Assembly (NCBI RefSeq): GCF_001194135.2
Contig: NC_068984.1
Location: forward strand, 147,566,840 to 147,630,839
DNA: 64,000 nt
Origin: Octopus bimaculoides
Taxonomy: Eukaryota
Direction: 5' to 3'
In this document: in pieces, positions 63,681 to 64,000 of the stretch
Layout of the letters: each line of letters opens with the position of its first letter
Numbering within the stretch: the first letter of the stretch is position 1
Made by a program: the position numbers and the translations under genes
The notes under the pieces: generated by a model
Databases searched by the model: none
Seen by the model: the letters and a program-made list of their open reading frames with translations, nothing else
Told to the model about the DNA's origin: nothing

Positions 63681-64000
63681 GAGATAACCCCCTATCTACA
63701 AAAAACCACAGTGCATCTCGGACTACAATATTGTCTGGGATTTGCTTCACAGAACTGTTTCTTCATTTATAATTAGTCCAATGACTTCCTTATAGATACA
63801 CCCACTTTTCCATGTTCATATGAGTGGGATGGAATATTTTAAAGCAGATTTTCTACGGCCAAATACATTGCTGTCATTAAAACTCTCATCTCTTTCCAAG
63901 GAAGCTAATATTTCCTCATAACAAGAGTTTCCACAGAAAACTGGATGGACACTCGTTTACAACCATCACATGATGTCAAGGCTTGAAGACAGTAAGACAC

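Overview
AT-rich, microsatellite- and retroelement-dense animal genomic DNA with several N gaps. The repeat landscape resembles an octopus/cephalopod genome; this is inference. One + strand gene spans the window: an adenylyl cyclase-associated protein (CAP/Srv2/capulet family). Its helical folded domain (HFD) exons lie at 27.8-40.4 kb and its WH2/P2/CARP exons at 61.8-62.8 kb; the 3' end lies beyond the window. The main hidden structure is in the 27-kb first intron. Besides the RLE-containing first exon (327-897, Cys-cluster N-terminus), two further ATG-led exons end in phase-1 donors that fit common exon 2. One is 17045-17147 (Tyr/Pro-rich, PPPY motif). The other is 19407-19800 (MGxCxS myristoylation consensus plus a Tyr-rich acidic tract, with an internal symmetric-cassette acceptor at 19558). 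Together they suggest a swappable N-terminal targeting system for CAP. The P1 polyproline/WH2-start exon is required by reading phase but is not visible in the called bases. The introns hold tRNA-type SINEs, RTE and R4/Dong-like LINE fragments, mariner, pogo-like and piggyBac-like remnants, a foldback-like inverted 62-bp minisatellite and a decayed hammerhead-like motif.
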